Assembly (NCBI RefSeq): GCF_964213995.1
Contig: NW_027590150.1
Location: 372,001-436,000 of the forward strand
Reading direction: 5' to 3'
DNA length: 64,000 nucleotides
DNA from: Mustelus asterias
Lineage: Eukaryota
Shown: in pieces, positions 23,935 to 35,967 of the stretch
How positions within the stretch are numbered: position 1 is the stretch's first letter
How the letters are laid out: each line of letters begins with the position of its first letter
Notes under the pieces: model-generated
The model's input: the letters and a program-made list of their open reading frames with translations, nothing else
The model's database searches: none
Told to the model about the DNA's origin: nothing
Made by a program: the position numbers and the translations under genes

Positions 23935-24281
23935 GCACTCATTCTGTTCAGTACTGCCGCTCAATATTCACTTCAAATGGACCATTAGTTCTGCTCTCAT
24001 TTAAAATGCAGGCAAAAGTTTATATAACACAATCTATCAGAAATATTAAAACGAGTAATATGTCCAGTGATGTACTTGCTGAAACTACAACAAATATAAA
24101 GTCAGTGAAAAGCTCACCCCGTTATAGTGGTGAGTTTGTTATATTTTACTGTTAAATGCTTTCTTTGTTACTTCTTTTAAACACGATTATGGTTCGGTTC
24201 TGACCACTGTCGTTAATATTACATTTAAAACAGATATTTACCTTCAGGTTATGATGGAAGTTGCTGAATTTCCTCTCGAGC

Positions 24282-24320
24282 TGTTCTTGTCCGGGTGCAG
24301 ACCTGGTTCCTCTCGCTGTG
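24282..24320 (-). promoter_or_regulatory. VH 23-RSS
   Basis: CACAGCG + 23 nt + ACAAGAACA. Confidence 0.95.
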
Positions 24321-24625
24321 GTCTCTTGCACAGTAATAGATGGCCGTGTCTTCAATCTTCAGGCTCTTCATGTCCAAAACGAAGGTGCTCTTTGAATTGT
24401 CTTTGGACGCAGTAAATCGATTCTTAATTCCTGGGGCGTAGTAGTTGCTGGATGAACTATAGTAGCTAACCAGCCACTCCAGGCCCTGCCCGGGAACCTG
24501 CCGGATCCAACCCATGTAGTTGCTGCCAAGAGTGAAACCGCTGGTTTTACAGGTCAGTTTCAGGGAGCCTCCTGGACGCCCGGTCTCTGCCTCAGGCTGA
24601 GTCAACACAACCTCCGACTGGACAC
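24321..24625 (-). CDS. IGHV: Germline VH exon ([26 protein letters not shown]...[12 protein letters not shown]...[11 protein letters not shown])
   Basis: CAG acceptor at 24628-24626; open frame with V-set Cys, WxRQxPG and DTAxYYC motifs; ends directly at an RSS heptamer. Confidence 0.98.
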
Positions 24626-24757
24626 CTGTAAAAGTAGATCAAAAAACCCGAGGATTAATCCTGGTGTAATGATTTTTTACTCTGGAATATTACAGAGATA
24701 GACTAAGACTGAGACAGTAACAGTGAGAGAATTGGACAATGAAAAAAAGCTACTCAC

Positions 24758-24803
24758 CGGATAAGAAAGTCAGCAACAAACTGAGAGAAATCGCCGACCT
24801 CAT
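24758..24803 (-). CDS. IGHV: IgH V leader exon (MRSAISLSLLLTFLS-G)
   Basis: 46-nt exon from ATG at 24803-24801 to a GTGAGT donor starting at 24757; hydrophobic signal peptide with the phase-1 intron typical of VH genes. Confidence 0.95.
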
Positions 24804-24894
24804 CCTTCTGGTAAATTGGGGGAAATGGTTGTGTCAGGAACTCAATGAACAAACCAGCTCCCGGACTGTTGGATTCCGGTCCCAGTGAGCGACA

Positions 24895-24985
24895 TTTAAA
24901 TACCCGGCAGAAGGGGGCGGCTTTCCAGGCGCCGCCTGTTGATTCCCTGCTGGAGGCGGCGACTGGACTCACGCCCCACCTTCCA
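24895..24985 (-). promoter_or_regulatory. VH promoter: TATA-like TATTTAAA with GC/CACCC boxes, no octamer
   Basis: TATTTAAA at 24902-24895, about 90 nt 5' of the ATG; GC-rich boxes upstream; no ATGCAAAT seen nearby, consistent with shark VH promoters. Confidence 0.65.
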
Positions 24986-26685
24986 CACTCCCAATAGAAT
25001 GGACTCCGAGATTTATAATAGACTAATATTAAAATGGACATTTTATCTGTGTCGGGACATTTGTTTGGCTGAATATGTCCACTATATTGTCTCCATTATT
25101 TCTGATGGCGATATTGCAGTTCATCATTTCTTTATTTAAATAACTAATTCCATTGTAAATATGGTGCTATTATTACCACGCCCCAAGAAGAACACAAATC
25201 TAAAAATGATGAAATAACATTTTTGGAAAATAAAGAGACCGCCAGTCTATGTTGCAACAATTCCGGGTCTCTGTCACATTACAATAATAAAGCATCATTT
25301 ATCAGAAGAATTGTTATCGATTTCTAATTAAATGCGGGGTATGAACAAAGTGATTCGATTTACAGTGTGGATGGCTATCACTGTACAATTTGGGTTTGGA
25401 GATGAGAAGAAACTCTCACACAATACAATATTTCTGCTTATATTTGTCAAACTACCGCAATCGCGAAGACAGCCCTTTGAAAATAATAAGAATCCCGCCC
25501 TCCTGATAATTAAATATTGAGGTGACAGAGAAACATAACATTAATATCGACTTTCGACAGAGAAGCTAATGAATCGGAACGGACACGGGGATCATTAAAG
25601 TCCTCCTTCAGCGTCCAGATCATTGCAGCTCACTCTATTGGCCACTGGCTGTCTAACATTCACTGGTAGTGGGAACACAGGATATCAGGACTTTGCGGCA
25701 CATTGCACAATATCACAAGATTAAATGTTTTATCTTCCATTGAATCAGGTTATGAACTGATCATTCCTCCACTCATTGGCAGCTATGAGAGGCACTCTTC
25801 AATAACAGAAATCAGATTATACTGTACAATGGAACACGGTGCAAATCAGGTACAAGAGACGCTGCTGTTTAAATGAGATACAGAACTTTCAGAATATTCC
25901 AGGAATTCCCGCTATTCATGTCAGTTTTATGATGTTCTCTTAATATTATTTCGAAGCATTTTCTGCCATTGTTCTGATCTCAATTGACTGGGGAATTGGA
26001 ACGATTAACATCTCTCTCTGTCATTTTATGAAGTGGTTAATAAACAGACTTTAATTATTGGAATGGCATTTACTTGGAAGTTATACAAATGAAAAAGCAT
26101 CTGGTCACTTTATTGTTTTGCGATACTATTTACTCACATAATGAACAGGACACTGAATGATAATATTTGATTAGAATGATTTCGATTTAAAATGTGTCTT
26201 TCTTGTGGGAATGAAACATTTATTCTTTAAATGGCTGAATCCCAATTTGTCCATTCAGGTTCACGCTAATCTGTCCCACGCAGTATTTGGCAACAATCCA
26301 GGCTGCTGTCAAATGCTCAAAGTTATTGACAGGAAGCATCTGGGGGTGTTTGTGCAGTAGATCAAAATATGTTTCCTCAGTATTGAACGCTAGGCTCCAA
26401 GCCAACTTAAAACCCTTCACGTTGTCAATCAGGCCTATTTATAAACAAATCTACCCAGCAACAGTACTAGAGGCACATTAATTTTCTAAAGTTGTAAATC
26501 TATATGAATTTTGCCCATCTCTAATGAAAGGAAAGTGATGCAGCTTCTCGGGCACCCTGTTAGCAACAATGATGATTTTTCCAACACATCAGGATATGGT
26601 GATAGATGGATAGAAAGAATTACAGGCAAACTGAGAGATGTCTCAGAGAGACAATACATGAACATACATGTTTGTATTTTCTTTC

Positions 26686-27768
26686 CATAAGACCATAAGA
26701 CCATAAGACATAGGAGCGGAAGTAAGGCCATTCGGCCCATCGAGTCCACTCCACCATTCAATCATGGTTGATTTCAACTCCATTTACCCGCTCTCTCCCC
26801 ATAGCCCTTAATTCCTCGAGAAATCAAGAATTTATCAATTTCTGTCTTGAAGACGCTCAACGTCTCGGCCTCCACAGCCCTCTGTGGCAATGAATTCCAC
26901 AGACCCACCACTCTCTGGCTGAAGAAATTTCTCCTCATCTCTGTTCTAAAGTGACTCCCTTTTATTCTAAGGCTGTGCCCCCGCGTCCTAGTCTCCCCTG
27001 TTAATGGAAACAACTTCCCTACGTCCATCCTATCTAAGCCGTTCATTATCTTGTAAGTTTCTATCAGATCTCCCCTCAACCTCCTAAACTCCAATGAATA
27101 TAATCCCACGATCCTCAGACGTTCATCGTATGTCAGGCCTACCATTCCTGGGATCATCCGTGTGAATCTCCGCTGGACCCGCTCCAGTGCCAGTATGTCC
27201 TTCCTGAGGTGTGGGGCCCAAAATTGCTCACAGTACTCCAAATGGGGCCTAACCAGTGCTTTATAAAGCCTCAGAAGTACATCCCTGCTTTTGTATTCCA
27301 AGCCTCTTGAGATAAATGACAACATTACATTTGCTTTCTTAATTACGGACTCAACCTGCAAGTTTACCTTTAGAGAATCCTGGACTAGGACTCCCAAGTC
27401 CCTTTGCACTTTAGCATTATGAATTTTGTCACCGTTTAGAAAATAGTCCATGCCTCTATTCTTTTTTCCAAAGTGTACGACCTCGCACTTGCCCACGTTG
27501 AATTTCATCAGCCACTTCTTGGACCACTCTCCTAAACTGTCTAAATCTTTCTGCAGCCTCCCCACCTCCTCAATACTACCTGCCCCTCCACCTATCTTTG
27601 TATCATCGGCAAACTTGGCCAGAATGCTCCCAGTCCCGTCATCTAGATCGTTAATATATAAAGAGAACAGCTGTGGCCCCAACACTGAACCCTGCGGGAC
27701 ACCACTTGTCACCGGTTGCCATTCTGAGAAAGAACCTTTTATCCCAACTCTCTGCCTTCTGTCTGACA
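26686..27768 (-). mobile_element. 5'-truncated CR1-clade LINE with (CCATAAGA)n tail
   Basis: Intact ORF 26774-27712 with RT motifs; absent from the paralogous block near 42300. Confidence 0.93.
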
Positions 27769-29017
27769 GCCTTTATCTTTCCATCGGATGTTTGGTTGGA
27801 AAGACCAGCACTTTTTGCCTGTCCCAAATTCCCTCGAATTGATGGTTTTCTCGACCACTTCTGAAGATATTAAAGAGTCAGCTATTTTGCTGTCTGCCTG
27901 GAGTCACATCTTTGTGAGACCAGGTAGCGATGGCAGATTTCCTCCATTGGGGAATTAGAGAGGTTCCAAAGGTCACCATTAGTATCTATTCCAGATTTAT
28001 TAATTGAATTAAAATTCCACCAGCTGCAATGCTCCGATTTAAATCCCTGTCCTCACATCATTGTCCTGGGCCTCTGGATCACTGGATCAATTAAATTAAT
28101 ATTATGTCAGAACCGACGCAAACAATAAATGTATTACTATGCTGATGTAGGAATGAATGACATTTGAATGAATGATAGTTGGATGAATGACAGTTTGATG
28201 CCTGAATATTTTGATTGAGGAATCAATGAATGGATTGATGGATGCATTGATAGATGGCATTGAAAGATGCTGTTCTACAATCCCATATTTATGCTTGGTT
28301 ATTTCATAAATTGAATCAGCTCCTTTATTAGATTTGTGTCAGTCTAATACCTCCAATTCTTCGAGAATGTCTGGGTGAAATCCATCCCGAGTTTATCGAG
28401 AGTTAGCAAGCTGATTCTCACGGAGAGAAGGACGAGATATTCCTGCGGCTCGGATGGTTCATTTCTCTGCTGATGCTGAATCTTCCTATCCAAGATAAAA
28501 AGGGTGAACATGATTAGTTTGAGGATGGAGGATTGTAATATTTGAAACATGTTGTTCTTTCACGTGCAACAAATCACTCAACATGCCCTCACCCAAATTA
28601 GTGAAGGTAACAGGGTGAAAAGTAAATAAGGTAGCCACAGAAATATTGTGAGACTCACTGGACAGTTACAAGTGTTACCTTACTTCTCAAAACAGTGTAA
28701 TAATGAATCGGGATTTAAAGATTCAGTAACTTCACATGAAGTACAGGTAGTTTCATTTATATCATCACCTTGAAAATCATCACACACACTCCAGCTATGT
28801 ATCAGGACTTTCTGTGTGATGATGAGGTGATTACTTGTCAATGAAGCGGCTGGATAGCTGTTCATTATCCTTGGTCTGAATTAGTTCCATTCCCCACTGA
28901 ATTCTGGGACAGATTTTATTCCTTTGTGACAAAAAGGACAATATAATGTCAATAAATGTTAATATCAATAAATCATACGAAACAAATTACATTTGTATGT
29001 TGTATAGAATGAAATAC

Positions 29018-29732
29018 TGAAAGCAAACAGAAAATGCTGGAAAATCGCAGCAGGTCTGACAGCATCTGTGGACATGATGCGCAGATGCCGGCGTTAGACT
29101 GGGGTAAACACAGTAAGAGTTCTAACAACACCAGGTTAAAGTCCAACAGGTTTATTTGGTAGCAAATGCCATTAGCCTTCGGAGCCCTGCTCCTTAGCTA
29201 ATGGCATTTGCTGCCAAATAAACCTGTTGGACTTTAACCTGGTGTTGTTAAAACTCTTACAGCATCTGTGGAGACAGAATAGAGCCTGAATGACGCTTCG
29301 GCAGAGTATTCCGGATGCGTTGGAGAGATCATCATTGTTTCTAACAAGGTGTCAGTGAAGCTCCATACCTTTCCTGTGAGATGGGAATAGTTTAAATAGT
29401 TACTGTTTAATGATGTACACTATTTCGAGCCACACATAAGTTACATCAATTCACATACTGATCCCAAATATCATAATCAACTTCTCCATCCTAACTAACC
29501 TAATCAATGCCTCAATCATTAACGATATCCTAAAAAAACTTCCTAATTCCTATCCACCCTCATTATTTCCCAATTTCATCATCCGCTTCAATTTCCTCCA
29601 AATAAAAAAGGGTCATCCTGACTCAAAACGTTGGCTCTATTCTCTCTCCACAGATGCTGTCAGGCCTGTTGGGATTTTCCAGAATTTATTGTTTTTGTTC
29701 AGTTTCCAGAATCCGTAGTATTTTGCTTTTTT
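29018..29732. mobile_element. Second Penelope-like family with inverted ends, host of the 29073 insertion
   Basis: 29030-29286 (minus the nested insert) is the inverse of ~29635-29685; same family as 39144-39371. Confidence 0.7.
29073..29258. mobile_element. Fold-back copy of the same family with a 14-bp TSD
   Basis: 64-bp inverted arms 29113-29176 and 29197-29260; ACAGCATCTGTGGA at 29059-29072 and 29259-29272. Confidence 0.85.
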
Positions 29733-30191
29733 TCAAAATGCTGAATATAATTGGTGAAATAATTGTTTATCTGTATGAATTGATGATAATTGGTGAATTG
29801 GAATAACCCCGCCTGGCAATTCCCCTCCAAGACGCCCATCAATCTGAATTGAACATATATTACCGTTCCTATACTGTCGCTGGTCGGAATCCATGAGCAC
29901 TCTCCCTTACAGCACCATGGAAGTACCTACACTGCAGGTTTTGCAGCGGTTCAAGAAGATGGCTCACTACCAACTTACCGAATCCAATTAGCAATGGGAA
30001 ATAAATGCTGGCCTAGACAGTGTCGCCCACCTTCCATAAAGTAATGTAAATATACTAATCTTTATGAATGAATGAGAACTGGTGAATGCATTTATTAAAT
30101 TGTGAATGGACGGTCATTGGTGAAAATAATTACTATTTTTCTGAACATTTATGACATTCTCCTTATCTGCTGGAAGATTTAAGGATTGAAG

Positions 30192-30487
30192 TTTATTTAT
30201 TAATGTCACAAGTAGGCTTACATAAACACTGCAATGAAGTTACTGTGAAAATCCCCGAGTTGCCACATTGCGGCGTCTGTTCGGGTACACTGAGGGAGAA
30301 TTTAGCTTGGCCAGTACACCTTACCTGCATGCCTTTTCGGACTGTGGGAGGAAACTGGACCACCCAGAGGAAATCCACACATACACGGAGAATATGCAGA
30401 CTCCGCACAGACACTGACCCAAGCTGGGAACCAAACCTGTGGCCCTGGCGCTGTGAGGCAACAGAGCTAATCTCTGTGCCACCATTC
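30192..30487 (-). mobile_element. tRNA-derived SINE (HE1/V-SINE-like, alternative tail)
   Basis: Same head and core; tail shared with the 49444, 53862 and 54843 copies. Confidence 0.8.
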
Positions 30488-31129
30488 CACAAGAGATGTA
30501 TGATTCAAATTCATCACACTTTTTGCAACGTAAGTCAATGTAAGAGAATGCTCCAGCTACAGACATATCTCAGTCATAGCATCACGGGAACGATCTTTGC
30601 TCGGGTCACACTTGAAACACATAATCTGCTTGCAGACCGGGTGTTCCTGATATGCAGTGTAGTGACTGTGTTCGAACATTTACTCCAGCCGACAACTTCT
30701 CCATTTTCCATATGTGTCCATTTCTTTAAGGTACTTTGGTCAATCTCGCTAAGACATTCAACACCGTCTGCACGGCAAGCAGTATAGGATTTTGGTGATA
30801 ACTGGCTCTACACCAATCTCCTAATATCCATTCATGATACAAAAACGATAACACACAATGACAAATGGTAGCTTAATGGGCAGCACTTGTGGCAGAACTA
30901 ACCTTTCATAAATTGTCCTCCTCAATCATCAGAAAAGGTGACATATGTAAAGAAAGCCAATCTGAATTGGATGCGTTTATTGTGTGTCCATCATGTACTG
31001 CAAATGGAAGGATCTAATTGATCATTTTGAAATTAATTTCTATAAAACATGATACATTTCACAAAACACACGGACACCAAATTGCACAATTTTTGTTCCG
31101 CCAGGATCACTCGATTCCAGAAATGATTT

Positions 31130-31930
31130 AAAATGAGTCCAAATATAGATAGAAATTTTAATTTAAAAGGTCAATTGAGAGTCCGTGCCTTTGACATCGA
31201 TGCAGCATTTGACGGCTTGCAGCATCAAGGAGCCGGAGCGAAACTGCAGTTAATGGGAATCAGGGGGAAACAATCCACTGGCTGGAGCACAAAGGAAGAT
31301 GGTTGTGGTTTTTAATGGTTAATCATCTCAGTCACAGGGCTTCAGGTTAGTGACCTAGCCCCAAGCTTCAGCCATCATTAAAGTTCATATGTGGGATGTT
31401 CACTGATGATTGAACAAAGTTTAGCACCAGTTCCGACTCCTCAGGTACTGACACAGTCTGCATCCATATGAAGCAAGACTTCGGAAGCATTCAGCCTTGG
31501 AATAATGAGTGATAAGTAACACTTATGCCACACAAGTGGCAGGCAATGACCCTCTCCAGTAAGGGAGATTCCAACCATCTCCCCTTCACACTAAGCAGCA
31601 TTACTAGCGCAGAATCCCTCACTATCAACATCCTGGACATTATACTTCGTGAAAATCTGAACTGGAACAGGCATTTAAATCATGTGGCTGCAACAGCAGG
31701 TCTGATGCCAGGAGTTCTGCGGCGAACAGCTCACCACCTGAATTCCCAAACCCTATCCATCATCGACAAGGCAAAAGTCAGGAGTATGAACAAAGAACAA
31801 AAAACAGTACAGCACATGAACAGGCCCTTCTGCCCACCAAGTCTGTTCCAACACAGATGATTGAATATTCTCTACTTGCCTAACTTGTGCCACTCAAAAA
31901 GCTCAATGCCATTCTGGAAAAAGTAGCTGT
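31130..31930 (+). mobile_element. Degenerate L2/CR1-superfamily LINE fragment, paralogous to ~48070-48850
   Basis: AFDIDAAFD RT motif remnant and decayed downstream coding. Confidence 0.7.
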
Positions 31931-32539
31931 CTCGAAGAACACCCCACCCACCAACCTCCCAAAGCTTGCCACCACATTCTCAAAGGAAATTAGGATTTGG
32001 AAACAAAAGTTGACTTCACATAAGTGACACCAAAATCTCATGAAACAGTTTTAAACATTTCATATCCCTGCTTATATTCAACTCGCCTCTGACCCTGTCT
32101 GTATTACACTAGGCTCTGCCTGGATCACATTCCATGAGGTCCTATCTAAGTTTTTTTCCTGCACTCTACTCAATTTGAGGTGTTCATATACGAGGCACAG
32201 ACCCTGTTAATATTATAATTTCTAAGTTATGGCTGCACTTAGCCAGTTCTCTTCTAATCTGACAAGAGGCCGTGTCTTAATTCTTACTGCCTCAGGACAT
32301 TTAACACTGTATACTAAACTGGAAATACTGTCTTCATGCATTACACATGGTACTGTCACATTTATTATACTAATAGTTCATTAGATTTTAATAGTTTAGG
32401 TCTTGCTTAAGTTAATGCTTCACCAGTCCATGTATTTGATTATTTAAGACTGTCATGTCTCCGTTTCATTGTACGTTGCAATACGTCCTAATAGCTGCTT
32501 TGTCCGAACCACAGTGTGTATCAGTCGAGGTCCTGCATC

Positions 32540-33800
32540 AACAATTACCACGAATAAAATGGGCTCTGTCTCAGTTTATATCATTCTAGGTACTGTATCA
32601 GTAATTATCACTAACACACTGGACTCTGTCTCAATTTAAACCGGTCTCAGTCCTGTATCAGTAGTGATTACTAATGCACTTGGCTCCATCTCAGTTCATA
32701 CAAGTCTCGCTCCAGTATCATTAATTACTCGGCTCTGTCTCAGTTCATATCGCTCAAGCTCCTATATCCAGTGAAACTGCACTAAAACACTATCTCCGTT
32801 TGCTTTTCCTTGACAATGTCATAAATATTTTTTTAATGTTTCTGTCATGGGGTGGTGGGTGTTATTGGAAATACCAGTATTTGATATTTGACCATCCCCA
32901 CTTGGCAGTCGGCACTAACTCATTTCTATTTTATTGGATCAGGCCCCTGTTTATATTAAAATACAGTCTGGCTCTGTTATCTGCTAGACCTGAACTCAGT
33001 TTATATTGCACTGGATACTCTCTCTGGATATTTAATATTTGATACTGACCCTGTATATATTTCACTAGACTGTGTCAGTGTTATTCCTGCACTTAACTAT
33101 GTCTCTGTTTGAGTTATGTCTGTATTACTACACGGTTCTGCGAGAAGAAGAGATAATATATTGGGATAAAAACATTGCTATCAGGCAGGATCCAGAAACG
33201 GGCAGTATTGGATCGACAGTATTTGGTTGGTGCAGTCTTGGAGGGCCGACGGGCCTTTTCCTGTGCTGTAATTTTCTTTCTTTTTTGTTCTTTGTTGACA
33301 GTGCATGCTGCACAGGGCTTGGTATCCATTTTCAATGCAGTCAGTAGAAGTAGACTTCAGATATCTCTTCTTCTTTTCCAGTGCCCAAAACCTCATCAAG
33401 TTTGCACATGCAGAAGGATGCAGAGAATTGTGTTCCCCCAACCAATTTCATCATTACTGGCATTGACTGATTAAAAACTGAGACCATGTCCAATGCAATA
33501 TAAACGTGGACACGATCAATTGCAGAAATAAGATTGCATCTAGTTTGATACAAGCAGAGACAGATCTAAATTAATGTAAACAGAGACAACGTCTCGCTTA
33601 ATATAAACAGAAACATGGTGACGTATAATATAAACAGGGACAGCGTCTAATTTAGTATAAACAGACAAAACATCCAATTTAATATGAGTAGAGATAGGCA
33701 ATATAAAATTCTACGTGCAATATAAAAAGAGTTAAGGTCTAGTGAAAAATAAACAAAGGCATGGCCTCATAACATAAGCTGACACAGGGTAAATTTACTG
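32540..33800. repeat. Degenerate ~28-58 bp AT-rich tandem repeats in both orientations
   Basis: CTCTGTCTCAGTT.ATA units at 32565-32760 and AAACAGAGACA..GTCTA.TTTAATAT units at 33550-33700. Confidence 0.6.
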
Positions 33801-33849
33801 TAATATAAAGAGACTGCTTCAGTCCCCATGAAATTTGTAGAGACGGCCG

Positions 33850-34440
33850 ACTGTCCCATCAAAATCTTACAGGACAGGAGGAACATCGGGTTAGCTGCAG
33901 AATGCAAAGTTCCCTCTGCATTGCCAAATTAAACACTCCCAAGGCAGAAATAGCATGAGTTAGATACAAGTGAATCTCCCTCTACACTATCCAAATCAAA
34001 CATTCCCAGAACAGTATACTGTCTGGAAACAGAATGAAACTCCCTCTATAAAGTCTGCTCAAACAAAATGAAGGCAGAAAGAGTATGGACTCTCTTATAG
34101 GTACAACCTCTTCTGCACTCTTCCTTTAGAGATTCGGGAGGCAGGTTTACATTAGTGTTAGTTACAGGGGAAAGACCGTCTACACAGTTCCATAAAACAC
34201 ACCCAGGTCAGGTACAGCAGAGATTAGATACGGATTAAATCTTCCTTGACAAAGTCATATCAAACATTCAAAAGGCAGGTACAGTGAGTTTAGATGCAGA
34301 GTAAATATTCCTCGACACTGTCCAGTCAAATACTCCAAGGACAGGGACAGCACCGGCTAAATATAGGGAAAGATCCTTCGATACTGCCACATCGAATCCT
34401 TACCACTCGGTACATCTCTGTTAGATACAAAAAAAAATGT
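33850..34440 (+). repeat. Degenerate ~65-bp tandem repeat (GTTAGATACAGAGTAAAGCTCCCTCTACACTGTCCCATCAAACACTCCCAGG...)
   Basis: About 8 decayed units; shorter paralogous array at ~51070-51360. Confidence 0.75.
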
Positions 34441-35339
34441 CTCAAGCATTTCAAGATCACAGGATGCTCAAGAGATCTTTTAGAGTAAATCTCACTCACG
34501 GATCCAATTTATTGAATTACATTCTTTTAGAAGCCTATAACTCTGGCTGAGAGAATACATTGGGCAGACACTGACTTTAAACTGTGGAGTGAAGACGATG
34601 AACCATCGTGGAGAGACAAGATACAAAACCAGAAAGGAGAAAGACAGAGAAAGAGATGAAACACAGGAAATTTCTACGAACACATTTGCCGTGTTATTAT
34701 ATTTCGGGATGAGAGGAATTATTTCCTAATTCTGAACATAGATATCATCAAGATGTTTTTCTTCACATAACTGATGAATAAATAATGTTGAAAAACAATC
34801 ATTACTGGAATCCGTTGATTGATTTGCATGGTTGTCTCTATTTCTGTGCTGTGTTCGTGGGGAAATATTTGTTGTGTTTTTGTCAGTCAACAATCTAATT
34901 TGGAATTTCTATTTTTGTATTTATTTACATAAACACCTCACTGGTTACAACGAAATGTCCATGACAGCAAAACCAGATAAACCGTCACTTATTGATAAGT
35001 TTCAACTCAAAGTAGAGGTTTATTTTAAGAATATTAACAGTTGGTTCAAAATGAATAGAAATGTTTTGAACATTCATTACACCAGTTGTATTTAATTAAA
35101 AGAAAATGAAAAATTCCATTTCAGAATTAGTTCTGTAAGTTCTGATGTCACAATTAATAAAGCATCTGTGAACACGCAGATATTAATTTGATTGAGGATT
35201 TAATCTGTTTAAACTAGCCAAGTTAAAAAAAAGAAACAGATCTGATGTCTGAAGTATTCCTGTCACAAATAGTGATCACACTCACACTCAGGGAAGAATA
35301 AAAAATCCAGTGTGGTTATCAATGAGAGATACAAGGAGC

Positions 35340-35812
35340 TTTGCTGCCTCACAGCGACAGGGAAGCGGGTTCGATTCCAACCTCGGGTGACTGTGTGTGG
35401 TTTTCACATTCTACCCATATCCATGTGAGTTTCCCCCAAGTGCACCAGTTTACTTTCACAGTCCAAGGATGTGCAGGTTAGGTGGATTGGCTATGATAAA
35501 TTGCCCCTTAGCGTCCAATGATGTGCAACTTAGAATCATAGAATCCCTACAGTGCAGAAGGAGATCATTCAGTTCATCAAGTCTGCACCAGCTATCCAGC
35601 AAAGCATCCTTCCCACGCCCAAGGTGGATTGTCTGTGCTAAATTTCCTGTTAGTGTCCAATGATGTGTAGGTTTGAGGGATTGGCCTGTGAATATGTGTT
35701 GTTGTCGGGATAGGGTGAAGGCTGGGCCCAGGTAGGATGCTGTGCTGGAGAACCACTGCAGACTGGCTGGACCGTATGGCCTCCTTTCGAACTGTAGGGA
35801 TTCTATGATTTT
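35340..35812 (+). mobile_element. Composite HE1-like SINE with internal duplication and inverted tail piece
   Basis: Core segment repeated at ~35480-35530 and ~35622-35670; inverted tail at ~35532-35590. Confidence 0.7.
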
Positions 35813-35967
35813 ATGCTGCTATTATCAGGCACAACTTTCATTTTGGTGTAACTTGCATTTATAGAACACTTTACCCGACCTCATGTCGTCCCAACGTTCT
35901 TAAAGCTCACTGATGTATATTTGCTGAATTTAGTCACTGCTGTAATGTTGGAAATATAGCAGGTAAT

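Noticed and set aside
24329-24335. Cryptic heptamer (TACTGTG) at the VH 3' end for VH replacement
   Set aside because: It follows from YYC codon usage, has no nonamer at 12 bp, and the upstream pseudo-VH has no RSS to act as donor.
4773-24803. IgW, IgNAR or germline-joined IgM1gj identity
   Set aside because: Four mu-type C exons, an IgM tailpiece and TM, a conventional VH with full FR2, two D segments and unjoined RSS all indicate conventional IgM.
33850-34440. CRISPR-like periodic array
   Set aside because: Vertebrate DNA, degenerate whole-unit tandem repeats, no unique spacers and no cas genes.
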